The notes beneath the pieces are model-generated. The model had not been told where the DNA came from, did no database searches, and saw only the letters and a program-made list of their open reading frames with translations. The translations under genes were made by a program, and so were the position numbers. A DNA stretch of 63,853 nt, from NCBI RefSeq assembly GCF_001194135.2, contig NC_068987.1:81408829-81472681 (forward strand), given 5' to 3'. Source of the stretch: Octopus bimaculoides (Eukaryota). Positions 63,760 to 63,853 of this stretch are shown here, piece after piece. Within the stretch, counting starts at the first letter, position 1. Each line of letters opens with the position of its first letter.

Positions 63760-63853
<94 letters not shown>
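63755..63853. repeat. (TA)n(CA)n(TA)n microsatellite at the window end
   Basis: Direct inspection. Confidence 0.95.

Overview
AT-rich eukaryotic DNA dominated by repeats. It is most likely octopus (coleoid cephalopod); this is an inference from recognising the SINE families and the (TA)n/(CA)n/(AAT)n load, not a database result. The assembly has nine N-gaps, mostly at microsatellites. I could not identify any host protein-coding gene. Nearly all ORF-track entries are microsatellite translations, antisense reads of transposon ORFs or chance ORFs, and only weak, unidentifiable exon candidates remain, so the window looks intronic or intergenic. What can be supported: (1) about 25 copies of five to six SINE or retro-tail families (labels A-F are mine), several with clear target-site duplications; (2) decayed LINE reverse transcriptases (CR1/L2-group, RTE, Jockey/I-like) and Penelope-like remnants; (3) DNA transposons: a near-full-length mariner with TIRs and TA TSD (52126-53479, catalytically dead), three older mariner fossils, a maT/Tc1-like deletion derivative, a full-length decayed hAT transposase the ORF track almost misses (48070-49820), a Chapaev3-like 5' end, and hAT and piggyBac MITEs. 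Most interesting unexplained signals: a 233-nt block of back-to-back hairpins with a four-way junction that truncates the Chapaev3-like element (58090-58322); a fossil minimal hammerhead ribozyme with one core lesion (13878-13961); a second 38-bp-arm hairpin (39-117); a pseudoknot with permuted hammerhead words in a Penelope-like fragment (30107-30167); and a locally templated copy of a mariner fragment inside another repeat (33077-33248). No new biological system can be claimed from sequence alone.
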